Shown piece by piece: positions 24,449 through 37,430 of a stretch of DNA of 64,000 bases (position 1 is its first letter; each line of letters opens with the position of its first letter). The notes under the pieces are model-generated. The model was not told the origin of the DNA and searched no databases. It saw only the letters and a program-made list of their open reading frames with translations. Position numbers and translations under genes: made by a program. The stretch comes from Takakia lepidozioides (Eukaryota; Plantae; Bryophyta), in NCBI GenBank assembly GCA_030704615.1, contig CM060732.1, forward strand, positions 64,108,001 to 64,172,000, written 5' to 3'.

Positions 24449-24779
24449 TTATGGCTCTGGCTTACCCCTACTCGACAGGGTTTGTTAAGAAAAATGCTCT
24501 CCCAACCCTCCTAAATCGTACCTAATCCTACTCCCTAATGAATTCTCCCCAAGTACTAGAGGCACGTGTCACTCCCTCGACAATTCTAAGTGATATGACG
24601 CAATGTGTAATGAAAAAAACGTGGGTGCCAGAGGAGGGCTTCCCGGGAGGTACTCAGCATCGATTTCGTAGAATCCAACGGCCCAAAATACCCCCACCCA
24701 ACCAATAGCACCCCTCTCCACTTGAACTCAATGACAATGAATGCAACATCCCATCGCCCACCAAGTCCTGGTGTGGAGA

Positions 24780-24830
24780 AAAGTGAGGGAGAGAATGGCC
24801 TCCAAGGCCTTATAAGCCCCCCCTCCACAT
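24780..24830 (-). promoter_or_regulatory. Putative TATA core promoter of RING gene copy 1
   Basis: The - strand reads ggggggcTTATAAggccttgg...ttctctccctcacttttctccacac, conserved with 31290-31350 upstream of copy 2. Confidence 0.55.
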
Positions 24831-24875
24831 TCAGGGCACGCGCTGTCATCATGATTGCGCACGCTAGTAATAGCT

Positions 24876-26057
24876 GCGACCGCCAGCAGGTGTGGTCGCA
24901 TCTTTTTTTCTTTTCTTTATTATGTGCGATCACCAGCAGGGGGTGGTCGCAGAATTTTATTTATTTATAATAGGTGCAACCACTAGCAGGGGGGTGGTCA
25001 CAGAATTTTTATTTTTTTAAATAGGTGCGACCACCAGCAGGGGGGTAGTCGCAGATTTTTATTTTTATTTTTTTAATGGGTGCGACCACCAGCAGTCAGA
25101 TTTTTTTTATTTTTAATAGGTGCGACCACTAGCAGGGAGGTGGTCGCATAATTTTTCTTTTTTTTAATAGGCGCGACCACCAGCAGAGGGGTGGTCGCAG
25201 AAATTTTGTTTAAAACAAATAGGTGCGACCACCACCTGCTGATGGTCCCACTATTTTCCTTTTCTTTAATAGATGCGACCACCAGCAGGGGGGTGGTCGT
25301 AGGGGGGTGGTCGCATAATTTTCCAATTTTTTAATATCTACCAATAGTCAGTAGCTTAGTTGGTTAAGTGCACTGAATGCGACCCGGACGATTCTTGGTT
25401 CGTGTGTGGTGCCCCATTCCTACGCCTCTTGGCGCATAAATGAAAGAGGTTATTTTCTCCTCTCACTACTAAGGGGCCTAATTTGTGAGCTGTCGCTCCC
25501 AGGTGTTTCCCCCCCCAAAAAAAAAACAAAAAAACAAAAATTTGCGACCACCAGCAGGGGGGTGGTCGCACCATTTTTTTTTAGAGGCGACCACCAGCAA
25601 GGGGGTGGTCCCAAATTTTCTATTTTTAAATAGCTGCGACTACCAGCAGGGGGGTGGTCGGACCATTGGTGTGAATAATATGTAGAGCAGTTTCATTCGG
25701 GCCCTGATTCTAGAGTGGTCCAGGAATTACTGTGGCCCAGGAATTAGAGTGGGGCGCCTATGAAGGAAGGCCACGTGTATTAAGGAATGAGATGAGGGGT
25801 CCAAAAAAAGAATGGAGGAATTGGCTAAATTTAGAATAGGGAGTCGTGCTGGGTTGACATGTGTTCAGGGCCTTCTAGAAGGCTCCAAGGGTCGGTGGGC
25901 TTCTAGAAGGGTCCCACCGCCCTGAGAGGCTATATAAGGGAACCCCCCCTTACTACGTACTAATTGGTCGCAACATTTTTCTTTTATTTTAACAGTTGCG
26001 ACGACCGCTACCGGTGGTCGCACAATTGTTTTTTTAAAAATAGGTGCGACCACCAGG
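24876..26057. repeat. Hairpin repeat array A: GCGACCACC-agcaggg-GGTGGTCGC separated by A/T tracts
   Basis: More than 10 copies at 24876-25660, with further partial copies at 25965-26057. Confidence 0.9.
25347..25420 (+). other. tRNA-derived (Pol III A/B box-like) fragment
   Basis: gTAGCTTAGTTGGttaagtgca...GGTTCG. No complete cloverleaf is evident. A similar fragment lies at 26960-27021. Confidence 0.35.
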
Positions 26058-27069
26058 AGGTTGGTGCCCTTGCACCTTTATGTATGTTTGGAGAGGCAGA
26101 TGAAAAGCACATGTATCGACTTCCCATGGATTTGTGAAGGGGAAGATGAATGTTGGGAGCTGCACCTGGCATTTGTGGCTTTCGAAATCATAATAGGAAA
26201 TCAACAATGTAAAGGTAATGACGAAACACAAACACACGCACAACCACCAAACCTTTTCTTGGGTATACATATTCCACCATTTTTATTTCCGTACACGTCT
26301 GCATGTACCCAAACTGAAACATGGATATCCATGGAAACATACTACACATCATGTGACATAAGTTATAGCTATACCTAGTTCCGTCTGGCATGACGACGAT
26401 GGTATGATCTCACGCTTAGTACAAAATCTTCGACCCCACTCACTTCACCCCCGTTCCCAGGATCAGGGCTAGAATCATGATCTCCATCTGTTCTTTCGTT
26501 TCCAGAGGCAACTTGCCATTGGACCTGTAGTCGTCCTCGGAGTACGTTCAGTTGTCTCTCTGGTCGATTTCTACTCCTATCATGAATACCATCTAGGGTA
26601 TCAGGCCTGTTCATAGGTCGGTCACCAACAAAAGGTTGCACAATTCTCTGCCGTTTCTGGGCTTGTCCCGGATTTCGTGGTGGCCTTGGAGCAGGTCTCG
26701 TATGAGGAAGGCTACTCGCACATACATCAGAGGGGCCAACATGAGAGGAAGGGGCATGAGATGGACCAGCGAGGGTCGAGGGAGCACGGTTCACATGCGG
26801 ACGTCGTCGGGCCAGATGAAACGACAATGGCCGGTCGTCGTCATCCGATGGCGGTTGGGTCTGCCCGGCAAGCTGGTCTGCTTGGGCCCACAAAACACAT
26901 GAGCCAGGGCCCACAATATGCACATAAAATATTAGTTATTGCAAAGATTTGTAGAAAGTGGTGGGTAGTGTGGTGGTTAAGAGCAATGAATGATAAACAC
27001 GAGGTTTGGTGTTCAAATCTCGTTAGGATGTACCGCGGCGGTAATGTGTGTTATTAAATATATATTTTG

Positions 27070-27250
27070 TCGAAGGGTCTGCTGGTCTGCTGGAGGTCTG
27101 CAAGAGGGTCCAAGCCGGTCTGCTAGAGGGGGGGGAGGGTCTGCTGGAGGGGTGCAGTCCACTCGTCGGTCTGCTGGAGAGTTTGCCTGCCTGTCTGCTA
27201 GAAGGTTGGAATCAGTCTGTTGGAGGGTCTGCCCAGTCCGCTAGAAGGTT
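27070..27250. repeat. Short GGTCTGCTGGAG-type tandem repeats
   Basis: About 9 degenerate copies of gtctgct(g/a)ga. Confidence 0.7.
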
Positions 27251-28330
27251 CGCCACGGTAGATGAACAAGGACTTAGAAAAATTTCAGAATCTCGCCGGC
27301 CATGTGAATGGGCAGTGGGCTTATGAGCTCACCCCAAGGGTCGTACTGGCGGGGCCCGCCCGTGCATTCATGACCCTATTATTAAAAAATGAGAGGCTTT
27401 TGTATATCATTCTACGATACAACTCCCACCCTCCGTAACCCCTCTGCCACACGCGGGCCCCGTTGCAGACACACGCGCGGGCATACCCTATTATTGTTGA
27501 ATGAGAAGCTATACAAAAAACTGAATCCCTCAAACTTTGATTATGAATGGGAAGAATGAATCACTTCATATTGTCTTCATTTAACATAGAGTACTTGCCC
27601 AATACACGAGAAAAAACAAACCATATTGTTTTTCTAAGAATCATCCCTAGTAGAAACATCATCCTCAAAATCTCTAGTAGACACAGAAGCATCTATATCC
27701 ATGAAAACCTCAGCTCAACGAAACATCTTCATGCGGCTCGAAGCACTAGCTCGAGACCTACAGGACCCAAAACCATGAAAACCTACATTTGCAGTCTATT
27801 GCTCAATAGAATGCATGGCTTCTTCCTCTGCATATATTGGGAAAAGAAAAGATGAAAGTGGGCTAGCAGGCAGATCGTCAAGATAGACTGTACGAGCCTA
27901 CGACTGCTTACTAAATAAAAAACGAATGAATAATGCACAAATGCATACAAAGCAAGAACATGTAGGAGAATCAATTTAAAGCTTAAGCATGATAATAAAG
28001 CCAAAGAAGGAGAAATTTACACTCACTACGAAATGTTGTTAAGTGTAAGTTTGCGTGCTTGCTTTGGAGCAGGGGGCTCCAACATTAAAGTCAAAGGAGG
28101 CTGAATGGTAGGAGTGGCAAGTGCAGAAGAAACTGAAGTATGGACAATATTTTGTTCAAGTGTAGACAAGCATGTTGCATAGAGCACTTTGTCTCGTTCA
28201 AGACCAAAGACATGACAACCCGATCGCGGTCCGCATATGCAGCAATGAAAGTTGAACCTACACCACAACATGGACATGTAACATCCAATCATTTACAACA
28301 GTGCAAATGATTGACATGCACCCACAAATT

Positions 28331-30950
28331 TGTCGTGCACCTAAGCATCGTGCCACAACATACATCGTTGTCCAACCACACTTCCTAGCATATAGTCTTA
28401 GAAAGCCACGCCACAATGATACGGAAATGGTGAAAAGAAGTGAACCCACTCTATCATGTTATATAAGTAAAGCCAATGGCACCTTTGCTAAAGAACTCCA
28501 CCATACAGACCTCACCCATTCTCCATCTGAAGTATTAGAGCTATGGCGGCGAGAGAGGCCTCGGGAGGTTCGACTAGAAGAAGACGAGCCTGCCTACGTC
28601 TCACGTGGAGACAACCTCTCCGTCCCAAGTGAGGTTTGCTACCTCACTTGGCACATGGAACCAAATGAAGTCCCAATGCCAACAAAATACAAATATAAAT
28701 GTATAATGTCCTAATTAGCTAGAAATAAATATTTCTAACTAATCACAAATAAAACCATGACAGCTGTCGTGCACCTAAGCATGGTGCCACAACATACATC
28801 GTTGTCCAACCACACTTCCTAGCATATAGTCCTAGAAAGCCACGCCACAATCGCCCCCCTAGCTGGTGATTAGGTCTCTCTAACACCGGATAGCTTGCAA
28901 GTATCCACCCCAATAAGATCATCGTTTGGTCTTCAATCGCATAAGTCTCAATACCTGAAGTCGATAGATCAAGAGGCCGGGTGCAAACGTAGCCCCATCG
29001 TTAGTCATCTTCATGCAATCCATGATCTTCAGTTGAGTATCCATGGCATTGAAGCCTCACTAGCTAGACGTTGGATCACTTGTCCGCCTCACCATTGTTA
29101 TGCCCACTACCTCTGTCTAAGGCATCGTGGACACAACCATTCTCCGATATGAACCTCCTCAAGTGGCGGTGTCAAGCATCCCATGTGCCACCCCCTTGAG
29201 CATTTGTCATACACCAACATGGTTGCGATGCCACCAGTATGCCCACATAGCATGTAACGCAACCCTGCAGGTACCACTGCAAGGTTGGGATCTATCCTCC
29301 CATCCACATGTTGAAGGTGACATAGCGCACAATTGCGCACATGGTCCTTCCATACCATGCTATCTCGACCCTCCAGAATCAATACTCCTGAAGGCAACAC
29401 CTCCCTAACCCGTAGAATCACACGTCCTGCTGTGACGTCCAAGGTCGTAGGTGTTGTCTGCTGCAAATATACATAGTCCCCAGTCGAACACTTGGCCGAT
29501 ATTCCCCTCCATGTATAGTGGCCTGCCCGTTGGGCACATGCTTGTGTCCACACATCCGGATCATCAAGGTTGAGAACTACTGCAGCCTCCTTGTGAATAG
29601 ATGCAGACAAATCCGGCTCTCGGCCGAAGAGAAAAAAGTAAGGTGAGAAGGAGGCAAGTGAAGCTTGTTACTGAACCTATAGCCCATAGCTAGCTAAGGC
29701 AGCTGAAGGTCCCAATCTCCTAGGTGTCCCTTCTGCAAACCGTACTTGCGCAAACCTCTCTTGACTGTCTGAACAACTCTCTCCGCCAAGTCATCAGCCT
29801 CGGGATGATCCCGAGAAGTAGTGCGGTGATCTATCAAGGCTTGATCACGCAAAGCCTGAAACTCCCCCAAGAACTCTCTTCTCTGGTCCGTGAGTACCTC
29901 GGCTGGAGCACCAAAATGGCTAAACACTCGATCTAAGAATGCATACGCAGCCCCCTCACTTGTCTTGTCCGGCAATGCCACCAGTTCAATCCATTTGGAG
30001 AAGTGTTCCACCATCACCAGTACATACTTGTTATGATGAATCGTCAATGGCAATGGGCCTGCGAAGTCAAGACTCCAACGACAATCCAAACCCATAATGG
30101 GTAAAAGATGCAATTGTGGAGTAGGGGCATTGAAAGAAGCCCGCACTCTATCACACACCATGCACATTTTCACTAACTGTTGCACATCCGTGTACATGCC
30201 CCGCCACCAATACTGCCTTTGCAGCAAACTATGAGTGCGCCGCACCCCAAAATGTCTCAACTCCTCATAGGCATGGCATACCAATCGCGCTCGTTGTGTT
30301 GGATGAAGCACAATCCTCACTCGTCCATCCTCCCATACCCGGAGTAGGTGAGTCCCATCCCACTTAAATCTCTTGGCTCGTTGTAGGACCCGATCTCTCT
30401 CCTTAGCAGTCACATTGGCTGCTGTCTCTCCGGTACGAAGGTATGCCAACACTGCTGCATCTTCATGCACATCCTTAGCACCACCAAACTACTCACTAGT
30501 CTCTGGATCGTCATGCACGCTATCTACATGACCAATCGCATGGGATGGACCAGCTTGAGCTCCCATTGCTAGAATGCACAAAAAGACCGATGCATGTCAT
30601 CCTGGCACCATCTCCTCATCCGTCTCACCATGCCACCGAGCTCCAGTATCATCATGCTCGCTCGTGCATGGATTACGACTCAATCCATCTGCATCTCGAT
30701 TGACAATACCGGCTCGATGCACCACCTGAAAGTTGTACTCTTGAAGCATAAGTGCCCACCGTGCAAGCTTCCATGTAAGCTTGTCTGACTCCATCAACCA
30801 CTTCGATGGTTGGTGATCCGTGACAAGGGTGAAAAGATTGCCATAGAGGTAGCTTCTGAAATGTGCCACTGCCCATACCGCAGCTAGACACTCCCCTTCA
30901 TAAGAACTATATTTTGCCTCGGCATCATCGTTCGAGTGGCTAACATATGT
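28331..30950 (-). mobile_element. Truncated Ty3/gypsy retrotransposon (RNase H end, integrase, PHD finger); relative of the DNMT-carrying element at 58552-64000
   Basis: YSSYEGECLAAVWAV (RNase H), WSLDFAGP / LTDQ / AERVVQTVK (integrase) and WHMGCLTPPLEEV..GEWLCPRC (PHD). PPT-like AGGGGGGCGAT precedes an ~86-bp TG..CA repeat (28764-28849) that is duplicated at 28331-28416. Many stop codons. Confidence 0.88.
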
Positions 30951-30951
30951 C

Positions 30952-31246
30952 ACCGCCTATGTTAGCGGTCGCTTATTTATTTTAAATGTTTTGAAAATGA
31001 AGCGACCGCCTATACTGGCGGTCGCTTATTTATTTTAAATTGTTTTTAAATGAAGCGACCGCCTATGTTGGCGGTCATTTTTTTATTTTTATTTTTCCGG
31101 AAAATGGAGCGACCGTCTGTTCTAGCGGTCGTTTTTTTTTTTCTTTTTTTTCTTTTCTTTTCCGAAAAATGGAGTGACCGCCAGTTCTGGTGATCGCTTA
31201 TTTTTTTATTTTCCGAAAAATCTAGCGACTGCCAAGTTGGCGGTCC
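30952..31246. repeat. Hairpin repeat array B: GCGACCGCC-n6-GGCGGTCGC
   Basis: Six copies separated by A/T tracts, directly upstream of RING gene copy 2. Confidence 0.9.
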
Positions 31247-31620
31247 CTTATAGAAGATTCGCCCTACACGTGGCCCAAGAAATGAGGGCGGGGGGGAGGG
31301 GGATATAAGCCAAGGAAGGCTTATTCTCCCCTCACTTCCTCTCTACACAACTTCTGTGTGCGTGGCATTTCATTATTCCACGACACGTAGTCACGTGGAG
31401 AAGGAGGCCATTGGTTGGATGGGATTTTTTGCCGCGATTTCTATGAGGTCGTTGCAGAATGCTCCCATAGGCCCTCCACTGGCTTCCAGGATCATTTTAT
31501 TCTACAAAATTAGCTTTTAGGAACTATTTTGACACGTACTCAAACCTACTTAACGGGGGGAGGGTTTAGAGTTACGTCTTTTTAGAAAACCTCGTTTAGT
31601 GTTGCTCCGATTGTTGTAGA

Positions 31621-33928
31621 ATGGCAGAGGGCCAGGACGATGACCGTCATGGTAGAGATGACCCCAATGAACATGGACCGCCCCCTAAGAAAATCATAGG
31701 GTCAAGGCAAGACTTGAATTGGGAAGTATTTGGTGACCCTAGCATACTAGCAGAAGAGGGCTGGGAGGATGTTCCGGAAGAGTTCTGGTGGCCGATGGCG
31801 AGATGCAAAAAATTCGTGAAATGGTACCACATCAATCGATTGTGGCCTTTGGATAGGCATGACGTGCAAACCCGAAACAATTACGCACAGTCCAGGTTTT
31901 GCACGAACTTGCATTTCTAGCATAAGGCGAATGAGGTGCATTGCACATTGTGGGGTTAACCTCTCTTAAAAGGTCAAATCTCGTACACCTTGGCAGCCAT
32001 GTTGTATGTGGAGGTCATACTCTTGCGTCCAGTGAATTGGCAAACTGCTAGTAGGAGGAATGCAAGGTTGCTATACGATTTGGAGTTCATCCCGGACACG
32101 TTCGGAATACAACCGGCTGCAACGTTAGAGGAACAACTAGCGGAAAGATACCAGTGAATCAGGACCCTGCAGGACCGACTAAATTGGCAAACACTGCGCA
32201 TAGCCGAGTTGGAAGCTAGATTGCAAGACATGCCTCCAAACAATGAAGGCATTGTTGTCCACAATGAGGATCGAACAAACGTCGTGGACATGGACGCGGA
32301 GTTTGCGATGCCCGATCGCAATATTGACCTCATCATTCAGGAAGTTACGGACGTCCTTGACTCTGTGGCCGATGAAACCATGGTTGAGGAATAGCGAATT
32401 GCGGATGAGAGAAAGAGGAAAAGAAAAGAACCAGTACTGAAAACCGGGGAATGCTCGAGGGTCGCCATCGACCGCGTTACAAAGGAGCAGGACATTGTCA
32501 TGGCAACTGCATGGCGCTTGTCCAAAACGCTGGAGATTCAGGCATGGGTCCCATTGAATGGCGATTGGGAGAATTGGGTACAATGGGCGACCCATTTGGC
32601 CTCTAGAGAAGCATGGGTAGAGCGGACACTGTCAGGCTTGCAACGTGTCGCACGCATGTCGAACCGTAGCGTGGATAGCATTTATGCCAATATGCAAAGG
32701 TGTATCGATCTCCGCATCGCATCAAGCGTGTTCGTCGGGTTTACCAATTGGGCAGATGTGGATTTTATGTTCGATCGATGTGAGCACAAAATTTCGGGGT
32801 CGAACAGAAGCATAAACTGGGAATTAGAGATAGAGGAAGAGTGGGACACCACAACAAGGATGACCAACCACATCAAACCGGCCCAGAGGGAGGAGATCCA
32901 CGAGGCGTTTTGTCGTCATGGATATCAGATGACATATTTTGTTCGATGTGTAGGAATCCATACGGCCCAGAGGGATGTCATGTGCTTGGATTATGTGGAC
33001 ATATATTCCATCTCACATGTCTTATCCCGCAAGCCTTGCGGACGAGCACTTGCCCAGAATGTCGTACACCAATCCATCGCCGTTTCTATGAGCTGGTGGG
33101 CTTGGAGGAGCGGATGCCCATAGGTTTGAATACAATCGACACAACCTCCCATTGGATGGGCTACCATACACATTTCTGAATTGTGTGCATTGGGGCAAGA
33201 ACTTGGTATGGGATGCAGACAGAGAGATGCATGGCATACATGCCGGAAACCCGGCATACATCAAAGATCCCCAGTATTTATAGGTCACATCTGATTGGGA
33301 GATAACCATACGTGCGGGAGGTATTTGAGATTGGTGGGAGAGAGAGCAGTTTTGCCGCAATCTGGGAGGGCATTGGAGTCAAAGAAGGTCCAGGTTTATC
33401 CGGCTCCCACAGGTTCCATAAGTGCCGGAGGAGAACGAATTATATGACCGACAACCGATTGAGAGACATTTGTTGATGTCCAAACTGGAAGATGCTATAA
33501 TATGTCAATGCCAAATGAATGATGCGTACGAGGCGGCTTATCGTCAAAATGACACAATGATTAGGGACAGGGCTCGTGAGAGGCAGTTGGAAAGTTTCAA
33601 AAGTACCATCAAGGCAGTTGTAGAGAAATGAAGGCGATTATGGACATACTGTTATCATCGTGTTTCGGGGGCTGTATTGCCGGATGTGGACAGCCTCGTT
33701 GCCGATTTGCATGCAACCCGAGCACTTGTTCTCGATCCACCTCCGCCACGTCGTGAGAGTGAAGAAGAAAGCCAACTTTCGCCACGAAGTAGGCGGATGC
33801 AGGCCAGAATTGATCACATGTCATTGGGCCCCTCATTGACTACGAGATCACGGTCGCAAGCTCTGGCAATTGGCAGTGCAAATCAGGCCACAACATCAAA
33901 TTCTACATCCTCAGACAGTGACGACTAG
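31621..33928 (+). pseudogene. Intronless RING-H2 E3-ligase-like gene, copy 2
   Basis: RING-H2 CSMCRNPYGPEGCHVLGLCGHIFHLTC...CPECR in ORF 32841-33179. The fragments are collinear with copy 1. Many CAG/CGA-type stops and frameshifts. TATAAG at about 31305. Confidence 0.85.
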
Positions 33929-34379
33929 GCTATTAATGACTGGTAGCGTAGTACATATACAATATGCATTTTTGTTGTACCTTGAATATTGTTGGAAAAC
34001 ACAGTGATGGCATTCCACCAAATTTGTATATCAGCAATTTTGTTAATACACAATGCACATGTGCAGCACCTGCCAATTTCAATTGCATGAGCAGCGTTTT
34101 CTTCATATTTACACTCGTGTGATGGGGAAGAAATGGTTCACCCTGTAAACAAATTTACAATGGTGTCATATTTGGTCATGACGTGTATATGGGCATTTGC
34201 AATGAACTCCGAAAGCTGGAGAACAAGGAAAATTGATGTTAACAAATAAGTTATAACGAGTTACGAACGGACATCTTCCAAACAAATTTCGCCTGGTCCC
34301 TGCGTATTTCATAATCATTTCGCAAAATCTATGATCTTTCTACGAACATACCCACAAAGTTCTCAAAGCACAAAATAAT

Positions 34380-35790
34380 TTCAATTGATCTCATATTACA
34401 CTGGGACGTATCAGAGGATACATTGAACACACTAGCCAAGTTTCAAAGCGAACGAAAATCATTTGGATGGGCAACCATCCGTTGGCCCATTGAACCAATT
34501 TCGATTGAACTCATATTACTCTGGGGCCTCTTACATGGCACATTGAACATAGTGGCCAAGTCTCAAAGCGAACCAAAATCATTTCGATGGCCAACCATCC
34601 GTTGAGCCATCGAATGAATTTTGATTGATCTTATATTAGTCTGGGACCTGTGAGAGGGTGTCTGGAACGTGCTGGCAAAGTTTAGAAGCTAACAAAAATG
34701 ATTTGGATGGGCAACCATCCGTTCACCCGTTGAATGTATTCTGTTGGAACTGCTATTGCTTTGGGACCTGTTGGACTATGTTTCGCGTGCTCACGATTTT
34801 TTTTTCATTCTGTTTTTGAATGGGGCGTGTAATGTAGCCATATGCAACGTGCGTGCCAAATTTGGGAGCGATCAAAATTCATTTGAACCCAAAACCACAG
34901 TTTCTTCCATGTTTTGCACTCCAAACTTGATTGTGTTCTACTTCATGCACTCTTTCATAGAGAGTTCTGCAAATAGTGAGCGAAGAGAATTTTTTTTGGG
35001 GCATTTTTGATTGGTCCAAATTTTGGCGGGGGAGTAGCCGTGGGATGCTGGAAGCCTCAGAACAAAATTGAGCCAAAAACAAAATCGATACGTGCCAGAA
35101 ACCCCCACTGAAAGGTAGTGCAAACCTATTTATTGGCTTAAAATAAATTTAAATTCAATTAAATTGTGGAATGGCTTGAGGGGGGAGCGCGTCGATGGGG
35201 AGGCAAATGATTTATTCGTCTGTTGTATCTCCGTACATCTGTCGCACACATGTTCAAGCACATGCGGGCAAAAGAGGTGCTTCAACCACATCCGTTCAAT
35301 GGGTGCAATAGTCGTGCACGCATTGCAGGATTTCTTTTTCGCATTGAACAAAAACCAGATGACAAGTGAACGCCTCATTGGACAATCGAATGATTTTCGA
35401 TTGATCTCGTATTACACTGGGACGTATCAGAGGGTACATTGAACACACTGGCCAAGTTTCAAAGCGAACGAAAATCATTTGGATGGGCAACCATCCGTTG
35501 GCCCATTGAACAAATTTTGATTGATCTCATATTACTCTGGGGCCTCTTACATGGCACATTGAACATAGTGGCCAAGTCTTAAAACGAACCAAAATCATTT
35601 CAATGGCCAACCATCCGTTGAGCCATCGAATGAATTTTGATTGATCTGATATTAGTCCGGGACCTGTGAAATGGTATGTTGAACATAGTAGCAAAGATCG
35701 AAAACAAACGAAAATCACTTGGATGGGCAACCATTCAATCGCCCATTGAATGAATGGGATTTCGTCTTCGATTATACTGGGACCTGTTAC
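34380..35790. repeat. Second block of the ~120-bp repeat family; close direct copy of 18185-19395
   Basis: attgatctcatattacactggga...catttggatgggcaaccatccgtt units, and the same intervening unique sequence as 18560-19170. Confidence 0.88.
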
Positions 35791-35809
35791 ATGGTATGCC
35801 CTTTCAAGC

Positions 35810-37296
35810 TCTTTTTGTAGTGTCTCCTGCCTCGTAATGTGGTGCTTCTCCATGTCCACTTTATCCAATATGTTAATATTCTCCACCTAGAACAGATCCC
35901 CATATGTGTGCAGAAATCCTTAAAAAAATAAATGACCATCTCAACTTTTATAAGCCTCATCCCCAGCTTCCAGTTTTGAGGGTCATTTGTTTTTTTAAAT
36001 TATATACGCATGTGTGGATATGTTCCAGATGGAAGATATTAGCATTGAAAAAATAAGAGTTGGAGAAGCACCTCATTACGAAGCAAGAGACATTACAGAA
36101 GACCTCAACATGTTGAATATCTGGATGAAGAACCTTGCCCATCGTCGCTTCAAAGTTCTAGCGCTTCTGAAATGATCACATGTTTGTTGGTGGAAGCAGA
36201 TCTCGTAGGCCACATTGATCTCGTACCCATCGAAGACTCCCGTAGGCCACATGGAACAGTTCATGTGATACATTTTCACAAATGCGATGTGATACATTTG
36301 TGAAATGGTATCACATCAACCGTTTAATGAGGCCAATGCACGTCTTCCGCACCATGGCGGAAATGTTCATCACTTGAAAGCACAAACACAAATAATCCGT
36401 GTAAACAATCTCAAGAATCATATGTACTGCAAGGTATTTCATACTGCCGATGTTCATGTAGCTGAATTATTTAGGAATCGTTTTGCTACTCCCATGCCAA
36501 CAACATCAGGTCCACTGCGACTGCCATATTCCAAATTCTGTATCAGCCACCACGGACATGAAACCAAGAACTTCGCACAAAATCTCCAATTCATTCAATT
36601 TATGGTGGGCCATGGCTACAACCTGCAAGCTGGCCGGGGTGGCCGATACGTCCATTTGAACATGACAGTCTCAGAGGACGTTGGCATGGGAATAGCAAAA
36701 ATAGTACTACAGAATTCAGCTAGAGGAACAACAATAGCATGAAACACCTTACCGTAAATATGATTGTTGACATCGGTTGTGACAGCTCCAATCAATAGAG
36801 AACTCGCACCATCAGTTGCGCTCCAATAGCAGTACCGGTCCCCCGAGTAAATAAAATTCCGTTGTAAATAATAAATTGCATACGCTCGAACCTCACAAAT
36901 GTCATTTCAACAAAACCGGCCGTGTATTGTGGCATTGTTTGTAATTGCGAATGTTTCAATGTTTCTGACAGGGTACTGAGAAAATGATATATTGGATCCA
37001 TAGGAGTTAGACAACAAACGTTCCATATCTCATTCAATTGTGCGATACTACCATGAGTGGCATGGATACACGACCTCCGCATGTTTAAGTAGAGACCTAG
37101 TATCAAACGTTCGGAGGTCGTCTGTGCACCGATTATTTTCTCATGATAGTGTCGCACAGTTGAATGAGATGAGACGTTTGTTGTCTAACTCCTACGGAAC
37201 TAATACATCGTTTTCTCATAACCCTATCCGAAACCTTGGAACATTACAAATATAAACAGTGAGCCAGTACACAAACCATTTATGTTGCGATGACAG
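35810..37296. repeat. Three adjacent foldback (long imperfect inverted repeat) sequences
   Basis: Arms at about 35810-35945/35972-36105, 36400-36510/36677-36782 and 36898-37080/37105-37296. Example: ggagttagacaacaaacg pairs with cgtttgttgtctaactcc. Confidence 0.8.
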
Positions 37297-37430
37297 GTGT
37301 CAGGGTCGAGCATATGCAATGTAGTATTTACAATGAGACTTTATTTATTACATGCACGATCAAAATTGAGTTATGTCTTCATAAATGAACCATTGTACCG
37401 CCAGAAATCTCATATCTACGAGACTATGGT

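Noticed and set aside
25347-25420. Functional tRNA gene
   Set aside because: No acceptor stem or complete cloverleaf is evident; only A/B-box-like remnants are present.
26375-26923. 182-aa Pro/Arg-rich ORF as a gene
   Set aside because: Low complexity, no recognisable motif and no paralog in the window. It may be a TE-gene remnant but I cannot support it.
36792-37255. Pair of similar ORFs on opposite strands
   Set aside because: An artefact of the foldback inverted repeat.
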